A DNA stretch of 64,000 nt from Alphaproteobacteria bacterium. Lineage in GTDB: Bacteria > Pseudomonadota > Alphaproteobacteria > SP197. Location of the stretch: NCBI GenBank assembly GCA_964291415.2, contig OZ219920.1, positions 768,001-832,000 on the forward strand, written 5' to 3'. The stretch's first letter is position 1. Each line of letters opens with the position of its first letter. Below are positions 40,544-51,186 of this stretch, piece after piece. A model generated the notes under the pieces. It was not told the DNA's origin, did not search any database, and worked only from the letters and a program-made list of their open reading frames with translations. Made by a program: the position numbers and the translations under genes.

Positions 40544-41483
40544 TTGATACGCTACACGCTGAAACAGTTGCGCTACTTCACCGCCGCCGCCGAAGCCGGG
40601 AGCATTTCGGGTGGCGCCGAGCGTTGCGCTGTTTCCCAGCCCTCCGTGTCCGCTGCGGTTGCGCATCTCGAGGACGTGCTCGGCGTTCAGCTCTTTGTCA
40701 GACAGCACGCGCGGGGTCTCGCCCTGACGCCGGCCGGCCGGCGCCTGCACACAGCCGCCCAGGCCCTTCTCCTTCAGGCAGATGAACTCGCCGAGGAGGC
40801 CGGCGGTCTTGCAGGGGGCCTTTCCGGCGATCTTGATGTCGGCTGTTTCGTGACCTTTGCTCCCATCGTGCTGCCGGGCCTCCTGCGCGTCCTGGCGGCG
40901 AAACAGCCCCTGATCCGCATCAGGCCCCACGAGGACGACCTGCGGGCATTGCAGCATGGCCTGCGCAACGGCCGCTACGAGGTGGCGCTCACCTACGATC
41001 TCAACCTGGAGAAGGACATTGCCTTCGAGCCCGTGGTCCCGGTCCCGCTCTACGCCGCCTTGCCGGCGGACCACCGGCTGGCTTCGGCGGCGGTGCTCGA
41101 CCTTCGCGACCTGGAGGACGAACCCCTGGTTCTCCTCGGTCTGCCCGACAGCCGCGGGCATTTTCTCTCGCTCTTTGCCGAAGCCGGATTTGAACCCGAC
41201 ATTGCCTACGAGACGCGGTCCTTCGAGATGGTGCGGGGCCTCGTTGCCAACGGCTACGGTTACGGGCTTCTCCATACCAGAGCGCCACACAACCGGACCC
41301 TGGACGGCTCAAGCCTCGTCTGCGTGCCGATCAGGGAACCTCGCCGCGCGATGCACATGGGCCTGGCGCGATTGAAACAGGCGCGGTCCACGGGCATGAG
41401 CGATGAAGGCTTCGAGCGCCGCCTTCGGCGATGTCTGCCATGCCCACCTCGGCGGCCTCCTCGACAACGGGGCGCTGCCGTGA
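40544..41483 (+). CDS. LysR family regulator; frameshift near the 3' end (~41400)
   Basis: YTLKQLRYF...SISGGAERCAVSQPSVS HTH and a substrate-binding domain. The natural-looking C-terminus SAAFGDVCHAHLGGLLDNGALP* is in another frame and ends at 41483. Confidence 0.85.
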
Positions 41484-41492
41484 CTCTCGCCG

Positions 41493-42305
41493 TCAAGCGC
41501 CAAAGAAGGCCGTCGCCGAGTCGGCAGCGGAGACGTCGGCCAGATTGAAGTGGAAGGCCGGTCCGGCGCCGCCATCAACGACGATGTCGGAGCCGTTGAT
41601 CCAGGCTGCGTCCTCGGAGAGGGCGAAGACGATCACTCTGGCAACGTCTTCCGGGAGGGCATTGCGTCCTCCCGACTGCGCCTTCAGACGATCCAGGAGG
41701 TCGGCCCCCATCGTGTCGTAGAAATGCCTGAGGAGTGGCGTTTCGACGGCACCCGGACTGACGGAAAGCGACCGCACGCCATAAGGACGCGCCAGCATCG
41801 ATCCCGCCATGGCATAGACGATCACGACTTCCTTGGAAAAATCATAAGAGTCCGGACCGCTCATCGGGTGGTCGCGGACCCACGCCAGTCCCGCGGCATA
41901 GGTGCGTTGGCGAAGCAGCTCGCGGACGAGATCGAGACGCTCCCGCCACGCGTGGCCGGCGTCCGAGGCCACATGGACGATCGCACTGGCGGGTTGCAGC
42001 CGCCCCAGGAGTGACTCGGTGACGTGGCGCAGACCCAGGACATTGACCCGCATCACCGCCTCGCCGTCGTGGCTCCCGGGCAGGCCGGCAACGTTGACGA
42101 GTCCGTGCAGGGGTTCATCGATTGCCGCGAGCGCCGCATCGATGGAAGCGGGATCGGTGAGATCGAAGCGATGGAATTCATCGACGCCGTCGCCGTCGCC
42201 GTTGGCATCGAGCCCGATGACCCGGACTCCGCGTTCGCGCAACAGCGTTGCCGTCGCCCTGCCGATCCCGGAATGGGTTCCGGTCACCACGATGGTCCGC
42301 TTCAT
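41493..42305 (-). CDS. SDR oxidoreductase (coniferyl-alcohol dehydrogenase / 3-alpha-HSD-like)
   Basis: TGTHSGIG, NVAG, YDFSK, SVSPGAVETP, VVDGG. Start overlaps the P450 stop. Confidence 0.88.
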   Translation of the reverse strand: MKRTIVVTGTHSGIGRATATLLRERGVRVIGLDANGDGDGVDEFHRFDLTDPASIDAALAAIDEPLHGLVNVAGLPGSHDGEAVMRVNVLGLRHVTESLLGRLQPASAIVHVASDAGHAWRERLDLVRELLRQRTYAAGLAWVRDHPMSGPDSYDFSKEVVIVYAMAGSMLARPYGVRSLSVSPGAVETPLLRHFYDTMGADLLDRLKAQSGGRNALPEDVARVIVFALSEDAAWINGSDIVVDGGAGPAFHFNLADVSAADSATAFFGA

Positions 42306-43546
42306 GCGTTCAACCGCACCGGCGTGTAGCGACAGGGCAGGTGGCGCATGCCGTTGATGAAGAGACCGTTGATTTCCCGCATGCCGTCGAGATCCACGTC
42401 GAGGTCGGGAAGCGTCTCGAAGAGAACCTTGAAGAGGTGATACATCTCGCGCCGCGCAAGGTGAATGCCCAGGCAGTGGTGAACGCCGCCGCCGCCGAAG
42501 CCGACGTGATCGTTGGGCGATCGTCTGATGTCGAAACGCTGGGGGTCGTCGAACACGGTCTCGTCGCGGTTGGCCGAGACATACCAGAACACCACCTGTT
42601 CGCCCGCGGCCACGCGCTGGCCGAGAATCTCCGTGTCGCGGGCCACCGTGCGACCGAAATGCACGACGGGACTGGCATACCGGACGATCTCTTCCATCGC
42701 TGTCGCCGCCAGTCCGTCGTAGTCCTCCCGCCAGCAACGCCACTGGTCGGGATGCCTGGCGAGAAAGCTCATTCCCTGGCCCAGCGAACTCGAGGTGGTG
42801 TCGATTCCGGCGGTAATCAGAAGCTGAAAGTAGATCCCGATGTCGTAGTCACGGAGTTTCTGCCCATCGACCTCGGCGGCGATCATCATCGAGACGAGGT
42901 CGTCGCCCGGCGCCTTGCGCCGGGCGCGGCATATCTCTTCGCCATAGGCGTTGAGAGCATAGAAGGCGGCCATGGACTCCTCTTCGTCGCCACCCAGTTC
43001 ATCACCGTATCCCTGGGCCACGATGCTGAGGCGGGCCAGCTCGTCGCGGTCGTTGCCCTCCGGGACGGCGAGCATGTCGCAGATCACCTTGGTGGGCATG
43101 CGGCTGGCGATGTCGCCGGCGAAATCGCACTGGCCGCGCTCGCTGATCTCCGCGATCACGGTGCGGGCCGAGGCGGCGATGGCGCCCTCGAGGTCCCGCA
43201 GCAGGCGCGGCGTGAAGGTCTTGGCCAGAATGCCCCTCAGACGCGGGTGAACGGGAGCGTCCCGGTTGACCATGCCGGCGACGTCGTAGGCAATGTCGGG
43301 GCCGTCGATGGTGGTCATGCCGGTCCCGTAGTGTGACAGGAAGAGCTGTGCGTTCCTGGTGATGTCGCGTGTTTCCCGGTGCCTGGTGAGCGACCAGTAG
43401 GTCGTGTCGCTGTCCGGCACCGATTGCAGCGAGATCGGTTGTTCCCGGCGGAAGCGGGCCAGAATGTCGTGCTTGTCGGGCCGACTCCAGAACGCCGGTT
43501 CGGCAAGACAGATCCCGTCCAGGCTCTCTGTGGCCGCTTGTGTCAT
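42302..43546 (-). CDS. Cytochrome P450
   Basis: I-helix LITAGIDTT, EEIVR, SANRDE, FGGGGVHHCLG heme motif. Confidence 0.93.
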   Translation of the reverse strand: MTQAATESLDGICLAEPAFWSRPDKHDILARFRREQPISLQSVPDSDTTYWSLTRHRETRDITRNAQLFLSHYGTGMTTIDGPDIAYDVAGMVNRDAPVHPRLRGILAKTFTPRLLRDLEGAIAASARTVIAEISERGQCDFAGDIASRMPTKVICDMLAVPEGNDRDELARLSIVAQGYGDELGGDEEESMAAFYALNAYGEEICRARRKAPGDDLVSMMIAAEVDGQKLRDYDIGIYFQLLITAGIDTTSSSLGQGMSFLARHPDQWRCWREDYDGLAATAMEEIVRYASPVVHFGRTVARDTEILGQRVAAGEQVVFWYVSANRDETVFDDPQRFDIRRSPNDHVGFGGGGVHHCLGIHLARREMYHLFKVLFETLPDLDVDLDGMREINGLFINGMRHLPCRYTPVRLNA

Positions 43547-43602
43547 GGACCCATTATCGGCGACAGACTCATGGACGCAACAGCATGGACCGGTGTCGCG
43601 GT

Positions 43603-44331
43603 TCAGACGAGGTGCTGGCCGCCGGTCACCATGATCTCGGTGCCGGTGACGAAAGCGGCGTCGGCGGAACACAGGTAGACAATCGTGCCGGCCACCTCGT
43701 CGGCGGTTCCCATGCGCCCCAGGGGAATTCGCGGCACGAGGTCCTGGTAGTCCTCCGACACCATGGCGGTCTCGATCTCGCCGGGCGACACGGCGTTCAC
43801 CCGGACATCGAGATGGGCGAACTCCGCCGCCATTTCCCGGGTCAGCGCCGACAGCGCCGCCTTGGAACACGCGTAGGCGCTGCCCGCGAAGGGGTGGATT
43901 CGGTGACCGGCGATCGAGGTGACGTTGACGACGGTACCCTTGCCCCGGTGCAGCGCCGCGGCAAACCCCCGGGCGAGAATGAGCGGGGCGAAGAAGTTGA
44001 GGTCGAAGACCTCGCGCCAGTGATCGAGGCTGCCATTGAGGGTACCGAGGCGTTCGGCGAAACTGGTCTTCGGAGAAACCCCCGCGTTGTTGATGAGGGC
44101 GTGGACCGGCCCGTCGCCGATGATGCCGCTGGCGCGGGCGATGAAGGATTCGAGACTTCCTTCATCCGAGAGATCGGCCGGAAAATGGTGATGTGGCGAG
44201 TCCGCCACCCGCCTGTCCTCCGGGATGTCGTCGCGCGAGCAACTCAGGACGCGCCAGCCTTCCTCGTAGAACCGGATGACTGTCTGGTGTCCGATGCCGC
44301 GGCTGGCCCCGGTGATGATCACTGTCTTCAC
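43603..44331 (-). CDS. SDR oxidoreductase
   Basis: TGASRGIG, NNAG, YACSK, NAVSPGEIET. Confidence 0.9.
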   Translation of the reverse strand: MKTVIITGASRGIGHQTVIRFYEEGWRVLSCSRDDIPEDRRVADSPHHHFPADLSDEGSLESFIARASGIIGDGPVHALINNAGVSPKTSFAERLGTLNGSLDHWREVFDLNFFAPLILARGFAAALHRGKGTVVNVTSIAGHRIHPFAGSAYACSKAALSALTREMAAEFAHLDVRVNAVSPGEIETAMVSEDYQDLVPRIPLGRMGTADEVAGTIVYLCSADAAFVTGTEIMVTGGQHLV

Positions 44332-44340
44332 GACACGGCC

Positions 44341-45204
44341 TCAGTGCGTGAACAGCACCGGCAGATCTGCATGATTGAGAATGAACCGCGTGGCGCCGCC
44401 GAGAATGAGCTGCCTGAGCTTCCCCTGGCTGAAGGCGCCCATGACCACGAACCTGGCGTCCTCGCTGCGGGCGATGTCGAGCAGGGTGTGCCCGATATTG
44501 GTCCAGTTCGTCGGCAGGTTGTGGACATGGCACCTGATGTCATGATGGGCGAGATACTCCGTCAGGGCATCCGGGCCTGGTCCCCGCATCGAGCTCTCCT
44601 CGGGCGCCATGATGGTGACTTCCTCGGCCTCCGTGAGCAGCGGCATGGCCCTGTGCACGGCGCGCGCCGCCTCCGCACTGCCGTTCCATGCAATGGCCGC
44701 ATTGCCCTTGAGGTCGCTGACATGGCCAGGCGGCACCAGGAGCAGGCCGCTTCCCGATTCCATGAGCACGGATTCGGCGACCACTTCTTCCTTGGCGTCG
44801 CCATGGGAGGTCGGTCGGGGAGCGATCACCAGGTCCGACAACCGTCCCCGCTCGGCGATGACCTCGTCCTCGCGTCCTTCCTGCTGCACGAAGGTGATGG
44901 AAAGACCGTGCCGGGGGGCTCGCGCGGCAATCGTGATGCCGTGTTTTTCTGCAAGATCCTTCAGGGCCGTCGAAGCGAAGTCGGCCCGTTGCTCGATATC
45001 CTGTTCGGCCGTCGAGACAATCTCCTCGATGACGGCGCCGGTCATGCCTTCGGTCATGAAGGCGACGGCGTCGCGCGGATTGCGTCGCACGTTGACGACC
45101 TCGACGTGGGCATCGAAGCGCCGGGCCACCAGGAGCGCCGACTCGACGGCGCCAAGGCCGTCTTCGGTGCCGGTCGCTGCAACCAGGATCTTCGATATCG
45201 GCAT
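44341..45204 (-). CDS. Universal stress protein (tandem USP)
   Basis: KILVA, AIAWNGSAEAARA, VVMGAF..GKLRQLILGGATR. Confidence 0.9.
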   Translation of the reverse strand: MPISKILVAATGTEDGLGAVESALLVARRFDAHVEVVNVRRNPRDAVAFMTEGMTGAVIEEIVSTAEQDIEQRADFASTALKDLAEKHGITIAARAPRHGLSITFVQQEGREDEVIAERGRLSDLVIAPRPTSHGDAKEEVVAESVLMESGSGLLLVPPGHVSDLKGNAAIAWNGSAEAARAVHRAMPLLTEAEEVTIMAPEESSMRGPGPDALTEYLAHHDIRCHVHNLPTNWTNIGHTLLDIARSEDARFVVMGAFSQGKLRQLILGGATRFILNHADLPVLFTH

Positions 45205-45271
45205 GATGTTCCTCCGAATCCTCCCGTGACAGTGTAGTGCGGTCGGCTCCAACCTTCCACGCCGCAACCGG

Positions 45272-45862
45272 TCAGGGGAAGAGTCGCGCCACCCGCCAGG
45301 CGCCATCGTCGCTGGTGCGCGTGTACTGGATGCGCTCGTGCAGGCGGAACGGCTTTGCCTGCCAGAACTCGACGAGATCGGGTATGACGCGGAACCCCGA
45401 CCAGTGGGCCGGCCGGGGAATGCGCCCGACGTGAAACCTCACCGCCATGCGGGCGACATTCCTTTCGAGATCACGCACGCCTTTCATGGGCCGCGACTGG
45501 TCGCTGGCCCAGGCGCCGATCTGGCTGTCCCTCGGCCTGCTGGCGAAGTAGGCATCGGCTTCGTCGTCGCTCACCGGCTCGACCCTGCCCTGGATCCTCA
45601 CCTGGCGCTCGAGGGGCATCCAGTGAAAGCACAGCGCTGCCTTCGGGTTGGCCAGGAGTTCGCCGCCCTTGCGGCTCTCCAGGTTGGTGTAGAAGACGAA
45701 CCCCTCCGGTCCGTGACCCTTCAGCAGGACCATGCGCAATGATGGCTGACCGGAGGCATCGGCGGTCGCCAGGGCCATCGCGGCGGGTTCCTTCAGCCCG
45801 CATTGCCGGGCCTCGTCATACCAGCGCGCGAAGATCGAGAAGGGGCATTCGGTGTCGTTCAT
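45272..45862 (-). CDS. pdxH: Pyridoxamine 5'-phosphate oxidase
   Basis: MALATA, RMVLLK, FYTNLESRKG, RQVRIQG, SRPRDSQIGAWAS, EFWQ...RLHER. Confidence 0.95.
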   Translation of the reverse strand: MNDTECPFSIFARWYDEARQCGLKEPAAMALATADASGQPSLRMVLLKGHGPEGFVFYTNLESRKGGELLANPKAALCFHWMPLERQVRIQGRVEPVSDDEADAYFASRPRDSQIGAWASDQSRPMKGVRDLERNVARMAVRFHVGRIPRPAHWSGFRVIPDLVEFWQAKPFRLHERIQYTRTSDDGAWRVARLFP

Positions 45863-45981
45863 GATCCAGACACTTCGCTTTTTCTTCACCTCGTGCGACA
45901 AATCACACAAGATGGTCCGGTATCCGCCACGGGATGGCAACCGGTCTCCCGTTCGGTTCAACCTTCACCAGGAATAATGAC

Positions 45982-46458
45982 ATGATTGCAATCAGGATCG
46001 CGGCGGCGATGCTCGCCGCCACTCTCATCCTCCCGGCGTGTTCCCAGACGGCGGGAGACAAGGCAACCGCCGGAACAATCCTCGGGGGCATTGGCGGGGC
46101 GGTGCTCGGATCCGAGGTCGGCGGCGGCAGCGGCCGGATCATCGCAACGGCGGTGGGGGGTGTCATCGGCGCCTGGCTTGGCTCCGAGATCGGCGCATCG
46201 CTCGACAGGGCCGATCAGGCCTACGCGGCCCAGGCCCAGGAGCAGGCTCACCAGGTGCCCGTCGGCAGCCAGGTGACATGGAACAACCCGGAGTCGGGCA
46301 ATCACGGCACTGTCATACCGCAGCGCGACGGCCAGGATCAGAATGGCAACTACTGCAGGGAGTACCAGACCACGGTGACCATCGGTGGCGAAACCCATCA
46401 GGCCTATGGCACGGCCTGCCGCCAGCCGGACGGCACATGGGTCATTGTCGAAACCTGA
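45982..46458 (+). CDS. RT0821/Lpp0805 (17-kDa surface antigen) lipoprotein with glycine zipper
   Basis: Lipobox LPAC, glycine zipper, WNNPESGNHG, CREY...GTACRQPDGTW. Confidence 0.9.
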   Translation: MIAIRIAAAMLAATLILPACSQTAGDKATAGTILGGIGGAVLGSEVGGGSGRIIATAVGGVIGAWLGSEIGASLDRADQAYAAQAQEQAHQVPVGSQVTWNNPESGNHGTVIPQRDGQDQNGNYCREYQTTVTIGGETHQAYGTACRQPDGTWVIVET

Positions 46459-46565
46459 ATGGTTCTGCCTCGTTCCCGCTCGCTGTCCGGCGCCCTGGCT
46501 GCGTGGCCGGGGTCCCGTGTTATGTGTAGGATCGATCGTCTGTCGTCACTGAACCCGGGTATGCC

Positions 46566-47381
46566 ATGACCAACGCCGCCCCGCTCCTCGCCGGAAAGCG
46601 CGGCCTCATCATGGGTGTGGCCAATGACCGGTCGATTGCCTGGGGGATCTCCCGTACCCTCGCGTCCGCCGGTGCGGAGATCGGATTCACCTATCAGGGC
46701 GATCTCTTTGCCAGGCGCGTCAAGCCCCTGGCGGAATCGATCGGCGCAACCCTTGTCATCGACTGCGACGTCACGGATGACGCCAGCGTCGACAGCGCCT
46801 TCGAGAGCGTCGCCTCGAGCTGGGGCTCGATGGACTTCCTGGTGCATGCCATTGCCTTCTCGGATCGCGACCAGCTCAAGGGGCGATATGCGGACACGAC
46901 CCGCGACAACTTCCTGCACACGATGGACGTGTCCTGCTACAGTTTCACGTCCGTCGCCCGGCGCAGTGCCGATCTGATGCCCCATGGCGGCAGCCTTGTG
47001 ACTCTCACCTACTATGGCGCCGAGCGCTGGATGCCCCACTACAACGTCATGGGTGTTGCCAAGGCGGCCCTTGAATCCAGCGTGCGCTATCTTGCTGCCG
47101 ACTTCGGTGAGCAGGCCGTGCGTGTGAATGCCATTTCGGCTGGTCCCATCAAGACCCTCGCCGCTTCCGGAATCGGCGATTTCCACTACATTCTCAAGTG
47201 GAACGAACTCAATGCTCCGCTCGGCCGGAACCTCAGTATCGACGAGGTCGGACAGGCTGCTCTCTATCTCGTCAGCGATCTTTCCACGGCGGTCACCGGC
47301 GAAATCCATCATGTCGACTGCGGCTACCACGTCGTCGGCATGAAGAACCCGAAGGCGCCGGATATCTCCGTCGTTAGCTAG
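46566..47381 (+). CDS. fabI: Enoyl-ACP reductase
   Basis: [34 protein letters not shown]. Confidence 0.95.
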   Translation: MTNAAPLLAGKRGLIMGVANDRSIAWGISRTLASAGAEIGFTYQGDLFARRVKPLAESIGATLVIDCDVTDDASVDSAFESVASSWGSMDFLVHAIAFSDRDQLKGRYADTTRDNFLHTMDVSCYSFTSVARRSADLMPHGGSLVTLTYYGAERWMPHYNVMGVAKAALESSVRYLAADFGEQAVRVNAISAGPIKTLAASGIGDFHYILKWNELNAPLGRNLSIDEVGQAALYLVSDLSTAVTGEIHHVDCGYHVVGMKNPKAPDISVVS

Positions 47382-47385
47382 GGCC

Positions 47386-48456
47386 ATGGCGTCGAACAGC
47401 TTCGGGCAGGTCTTCCGGGTCACGACCTGGGGCGAGAGCCACGGCCCCCGCATCGGCTGCGTGGTCGATGGCGTGCCGCCGCGAATTCCCATCAGCGAGG
47501 ACGAGATCCAGCACTGGATGGATCGCCGTCGGCCCGGAACGTCGCGATACACGACCCAGCGCCGCGAACCCGACCGGGTGTCGATCGTCTCGGGCTGGTT
47601 CGAGGGCATGACCACCGGTACCCCCCTTGCCATGACAGTGGAGAATGTCGATCAGCGCTCCCGCGACTATGACGACCTCACCTCCGTATGGCGTCCGGGC
47701 CATGCCGACTACACCTATGACGTGAAGTATGGCATCCGCGACTGGCGCGGCAGCGGAAGAGCGAGCGCCCGGGAGACCGCGATGCGCGTGGCCGCCGGCG
47801 CCGTGGCCCGCAAGGTCCTGGGCGAGGCGATCGTCATCAGGGGAGCGGTGGTCCAGATCGGCCCTCACGCCATCGACAGGTCGGCCTGGGACTGGGAGGA
47901 AACCGGCCGCAATCCCTTCTGGTGTCCCGACTGCGCCATGGCGTCGCACTGGGCGGATTACCTTGACGGGGTGCGCAAGGAGGGATCGTCGGCAGGCGCC
48001 GTGATCGAGATTCGCGCCTCGGGCGTACCCGCGGGCCTGGGAAGTCCGGTCTATGGCAAGCTCGACAGCGACCTGGCTGCCGCCATGATGTCCATCAACG
48101 CCGTCAAGGGGGTCGAGATCGGCGATGGATTCGCCCTGGCCTCCGCGCCGGGCACGGAGGCAGCCGACGAGATGCGCTCCGGCGGGAATGGCCCACAATT
48201 CCTGTCAAACCGGGCGGGAGGCATTCTCGGGGGCATTTCGACCGGCGAGGAGCTGATCGTGCGCTTCGCGGTCAAGCCGACGAGCTCGATCTATCACGAG
48301 CGGCGCACCGTCACGAACGAGGGGCATGACACGACGGTCCGGGTCACCGGCCGCCACGATCCGTGCGTCGGCATCCGGGCCGTACCCGTCGGCGAGGCGA
48401 TGATGGCCTGTGTCCTCGCCGACCACCTGCTGCGTCACAAGGCCCAGTGCGGCTGA
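47386..48456 (+). CDS. aroC: Chorismate synthase
   Basis: [36 protein letters not shown]. Confidence 0.96.
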   Translation: MASNSFGQVFRVTTWGESHGPRIGCVVDGVPPRIPISEDEIQHWMDRRRPGTSRYTTQRREPDRVSIVSGWFEGMTTGTPLAMTVENVDQRSRDYDDLTSVWRPGHADYTYDVKYGIRDWRGSGRASARETAMRVAAGAVARKVLGEAIVIRGAVVQIGPHAIDRSAWDWEETGRNPFWCPDCAMASHWADYLDGVRKEGSSAGAVIEIRASGVPAGLGSPVYGKLDSDLAAAMMSINAVKGVEIGDGFALASAPGTEAADEMRSGGNGPQFLSNRAGGILGGISTGEELIVRFAVKPTSSIYHERRTVTNEGHDTTVRVTGRHDPCVGIRAVPVGEAMMACVLADHLLRHKAQCG

Positions 48457-48535
48457 TCCCGTGACCATTGCGCTGGCCGATGCTGCACCGATCTGAACGG
48501 GCGCCCTCCGTTTCCCGGGCAGGTCGCACAGGGCC

Positions 48536-50935
48536 CTAGGAGCGGTCACGTGACCGCGTGAGCGCGCGTGTGCCCGGTTCCGCGTCGATCTTCATGAGCA
48601 GCGGGGGCAGCAGGAAAAAATCGGCCAGGAGCGCCAGGGCGATGACCAGCGCGGTGAGCCTGCCCATGCTGGCGTTGAGTTCGAAGCTGGAGAAGCTGAC
48701 CACGACGAATCCGGCCACCAGCACAAGGGATGTCGTGACCAGGGCGCGGCCCACGGTACGGAAGGCAACGCGCACGGCATCGGGAGAGTCATGTCCGAGT
48801 TCGCGGCGGGCCCTGCGGTACTTGCTCAGGAAGTGCACCGTGTCGTCGACCACGATGCCGAGCGTCATGGCCGTCACCATGGAAAGCGACACCCCGACCT
48901 CTCCGACCGCCCACCCCCAGATGCCGAAGCCAAGCGCGCCGGGAACAAGATTCGGGACCAGGCTGGCGATTCCGAGCCGCAGGGATCGCAGTGCGAGTAT
49001 GAGGACGAAGGAGATTCCGACGAGTGCGATCGTGGTCCCCAGCAGCATCGCGACAATGTTGCGCCGACCGAAATGGGCGAACATCAGGGTGCCGCCGGCG
49101 CTCTCGACGCGGGTGATGTTCGGCGCGTTGTCCGCGAGCCAACGCAACGCGCGTCGATCAAGAGCGATCACGTCGTTGGACGAGAGGGTCTGGGTCGCCA
49201 CCGTCATGCGGGTCGCCGATTTGCCGACGTCGATCTGGTTGTTGAGATCCAGGCCGAATGGAAGGGACAACTCGTAGAGCAGCAGGAGTTGCGCGGCCAG
49301 CTCCCCGCTCGCGGGCAGACGGTACTCGGCAGGATCGTCGCCGTGCATGCTCATGTTGAGCCGCCGAAACGTGTCGGAGATGGCGTTGACGTGGATCGTC
49401 TCGGGTTGCTGGCGGTACCACTCCGCGAACGCGGCAAGATCGGAAAGATAGGCGGGGTCGGTGATCGCTCCGGGCGCGCCTGCGGCGAGCGCGTACTCCA
49501 TGGTGTAGAGGCCCGTGAGGTTCTCGACGGTGAAATCCGCGTCGCGGCGAAACTCGACGCTCTCGTCGAAATAGTGAAGGAAGACGTCGTTCAGTTCATT
49601 GCGGGGTATCGAGACGACAAGCGCCAGCACGATCGCACAGAACCCCCACCCCAGCGCGCGACGCCGGCGGATCACGAATTCTCCAAGAGCGGCCATCGCC
49701 GCGTCGCGACGGTCCCTGGTCGCGCGTACCCGGATCGGCAGCAGCGAGAGCAGTGCCGGCAGAAGGGTCACGGACAACACGAACGCGGCGCCGACCCCGA
49801 ACGCCACGAAGGTGCCCAGATGACGCAGAGGCGGGGACTCGGAGAAGTTCATGCTGAGGAAGCCGAGCGCGGTGGTCAGGCAGGCCAGGAAGACCGGCTG
49901 GAGATTGATCCGCATCGACTCGACGATCGCACTTCGCTTGATCCCGCCGTCGGCGAGGAGAGAAGGCGGGCCGCCCGCGTCCCGGTCCGCCGGCGCGCGC
50001 GACGAATCGTTCCGCATGTGGTGGACGAGGCTCGAGAATATGTGGACGCAGCTCGCGATCGCGACCGTGAGCACGACCACCGGCGCAACGGCGGACGGCG
50101 CCGTCATCGGCAGCCCCACCCAGCCTCCGAGCCCCACCGCGGTCATGACGGAGAGTGCAACCACGAGCATGATCGCGAGGGTCCCGCCCAATCCCCCCGT
50201 CAGGAGAACCAGCATCAGGATCATGGCTGCGAAGCTCGCCGGGACCAGGATCTTGAGATCGCGCAGCGAGACCTCCATGAAGGCCTGGTTGAAGATCACC
50301 AGGCCCGTCACGCGCACGTCGATTCCGGGGAATCGCTCGCCAACCTGGTCGGCAAGTCCGTACGAGAACCTGGCGACCCGGGAGCCTTCGCGCATCTGGT
50401 TCCCGTCCGGCAGCACCACGGTGACGTTGACGCCGCTGGCCCCGCCGTCGGCTGCCATCAGGCGCCCCGAGAGCAGCGGTTCGGCCAGGGCGACCGCACG
50501 AATGCGGGACCGCTCGTCGCCGTCGCCGAGAGCGGCGTCGTCCACGAGATCGCGGACCAGAATGTCGTCTTCGGCGGCCGTGGTGTGCTGGTAGTTGGTC
50601 AGCGAGTCGACGCGGGTGGCGTAGGGAATCTCCCACGACCGTTCGGTGAGCCAGAGCGCGGCCTCCAGCGCCAGGGCGGAGGTAGCGTCGCGGTCTTCGG
50701 GCACGACGGCGAAGAACACGTTGCTGGCCTCGCCGTAGGTGTTCTCCATTGCCTCGCTTGCCAGGAGTTCGGGATTGTCCCTGGAGAAGTAGATCCGGTC
50801 ATCGGCCGAGAACTCGAGAAACGCCGTTCCGCTGGCGGCGATTGCGACCAGGACCAGAGCGACGCCGACAATCGGCCACCGGAACTCGATGGCCCAAGCG
50901 CCCAGCCGCGACTCCAACTCGCGTACCGTCAGCAT
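48536..50935 (-). CDS. MMPL/RND-family exporter (hopanoid/sterol-transporter-like)
   Basis: Two repeats of TM + periplasmic domain + 5 TM; LTTALGF, LGIVVDDTVHF. Confidence 0.88.
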   Translation of the reverse strand: MLTVRELESRLGAWAIEFRWPIVGVALVLVAIAASGTAFLEFSADDRIYFSRDNPELLASEAMENTYGEASNVFFAVVPEDRDATSALALEAALWLTERSWEIPYATRVDSLTNYQHTTAAEDDILVRDLVDDAALGDGDERSRIRAVALAEPLLSGRLMAADGGASGVNVTVVLPDGNQMREGSRVARFSYGLADQVGERFPGIDVRVTGLVIFNQAFMEVSLRDLKILVPASFAAMILMLVLLTGGLGGTLAIMLVVALSVMTAVGLGGWVGLPMTAPSAVAPVVVLTVAIASCVHIFSSLVHHMRNDSSRAPADRDAGGPPSLLADGGIKRSAIVESMRINLQPVFLACLTTALGFLSMNFSESPPLRHLGTFVAFGVGAAFVLSVTLLPALLSLLPIRVRATRDRRDAAMAALGEFVIRRRRALGWGFCAIVLALVVSIPRNELNDVFLHYFDESVEFRRDADFTVENLTGLYTMEYALAAGAPGAITDPAYLSDLAAFAEWYRQQPETIHVNAISDTFRRLNMSMHGDDPAEYRLPASGELAAQLLLLYELSLPFGLDLNNQIDVGKSATRMTVATQTLSSNDVIALDRRALRWLADNAPNITRVESAGGTLMFAHFGRRNIVAMLLGTTIALVGISFVLILALRSLRLGIASLVPNLVPGALGFGIWGWAVGEVGVSLSMVTAMTLGIVVDDTVHFLSKYRRARRELGHDSPDAVRVAFRTVGRALVTTSLVLVAGFVVVSFSSFELNASMGRLTALVIALALLADFFLLPPLLMKIDAEPGTRALTRSRDRS

Positions 50936-51186
50936 GGCGGGCTTTCAGAGCGGCTCACACCCGGCTCCCGTATCCGGCCTGACCGGCATCTTACGTCGCG
51001 GCGGCCGGTGCGCGGTACACGAATCGCGATCAGGCAAGCGAGTTGAAGCACAGGCGGGCGCGCAGTGGAGAGGCTGTCCCGCCGCCCGATACGAGGTCAA
51101 CGGGCTTCAAGCCGAAGCCAGGACTTGATATGCCTCCCTTGCTTCAGGCGTGTGGTTGCGACCCGTTTCACAATGGGAGGTCGCCG

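Noticed and set aside
48791-51046. 751-aa plus-strand ORF
   Set aside because: Antisense shadow of the MMPL exporter.
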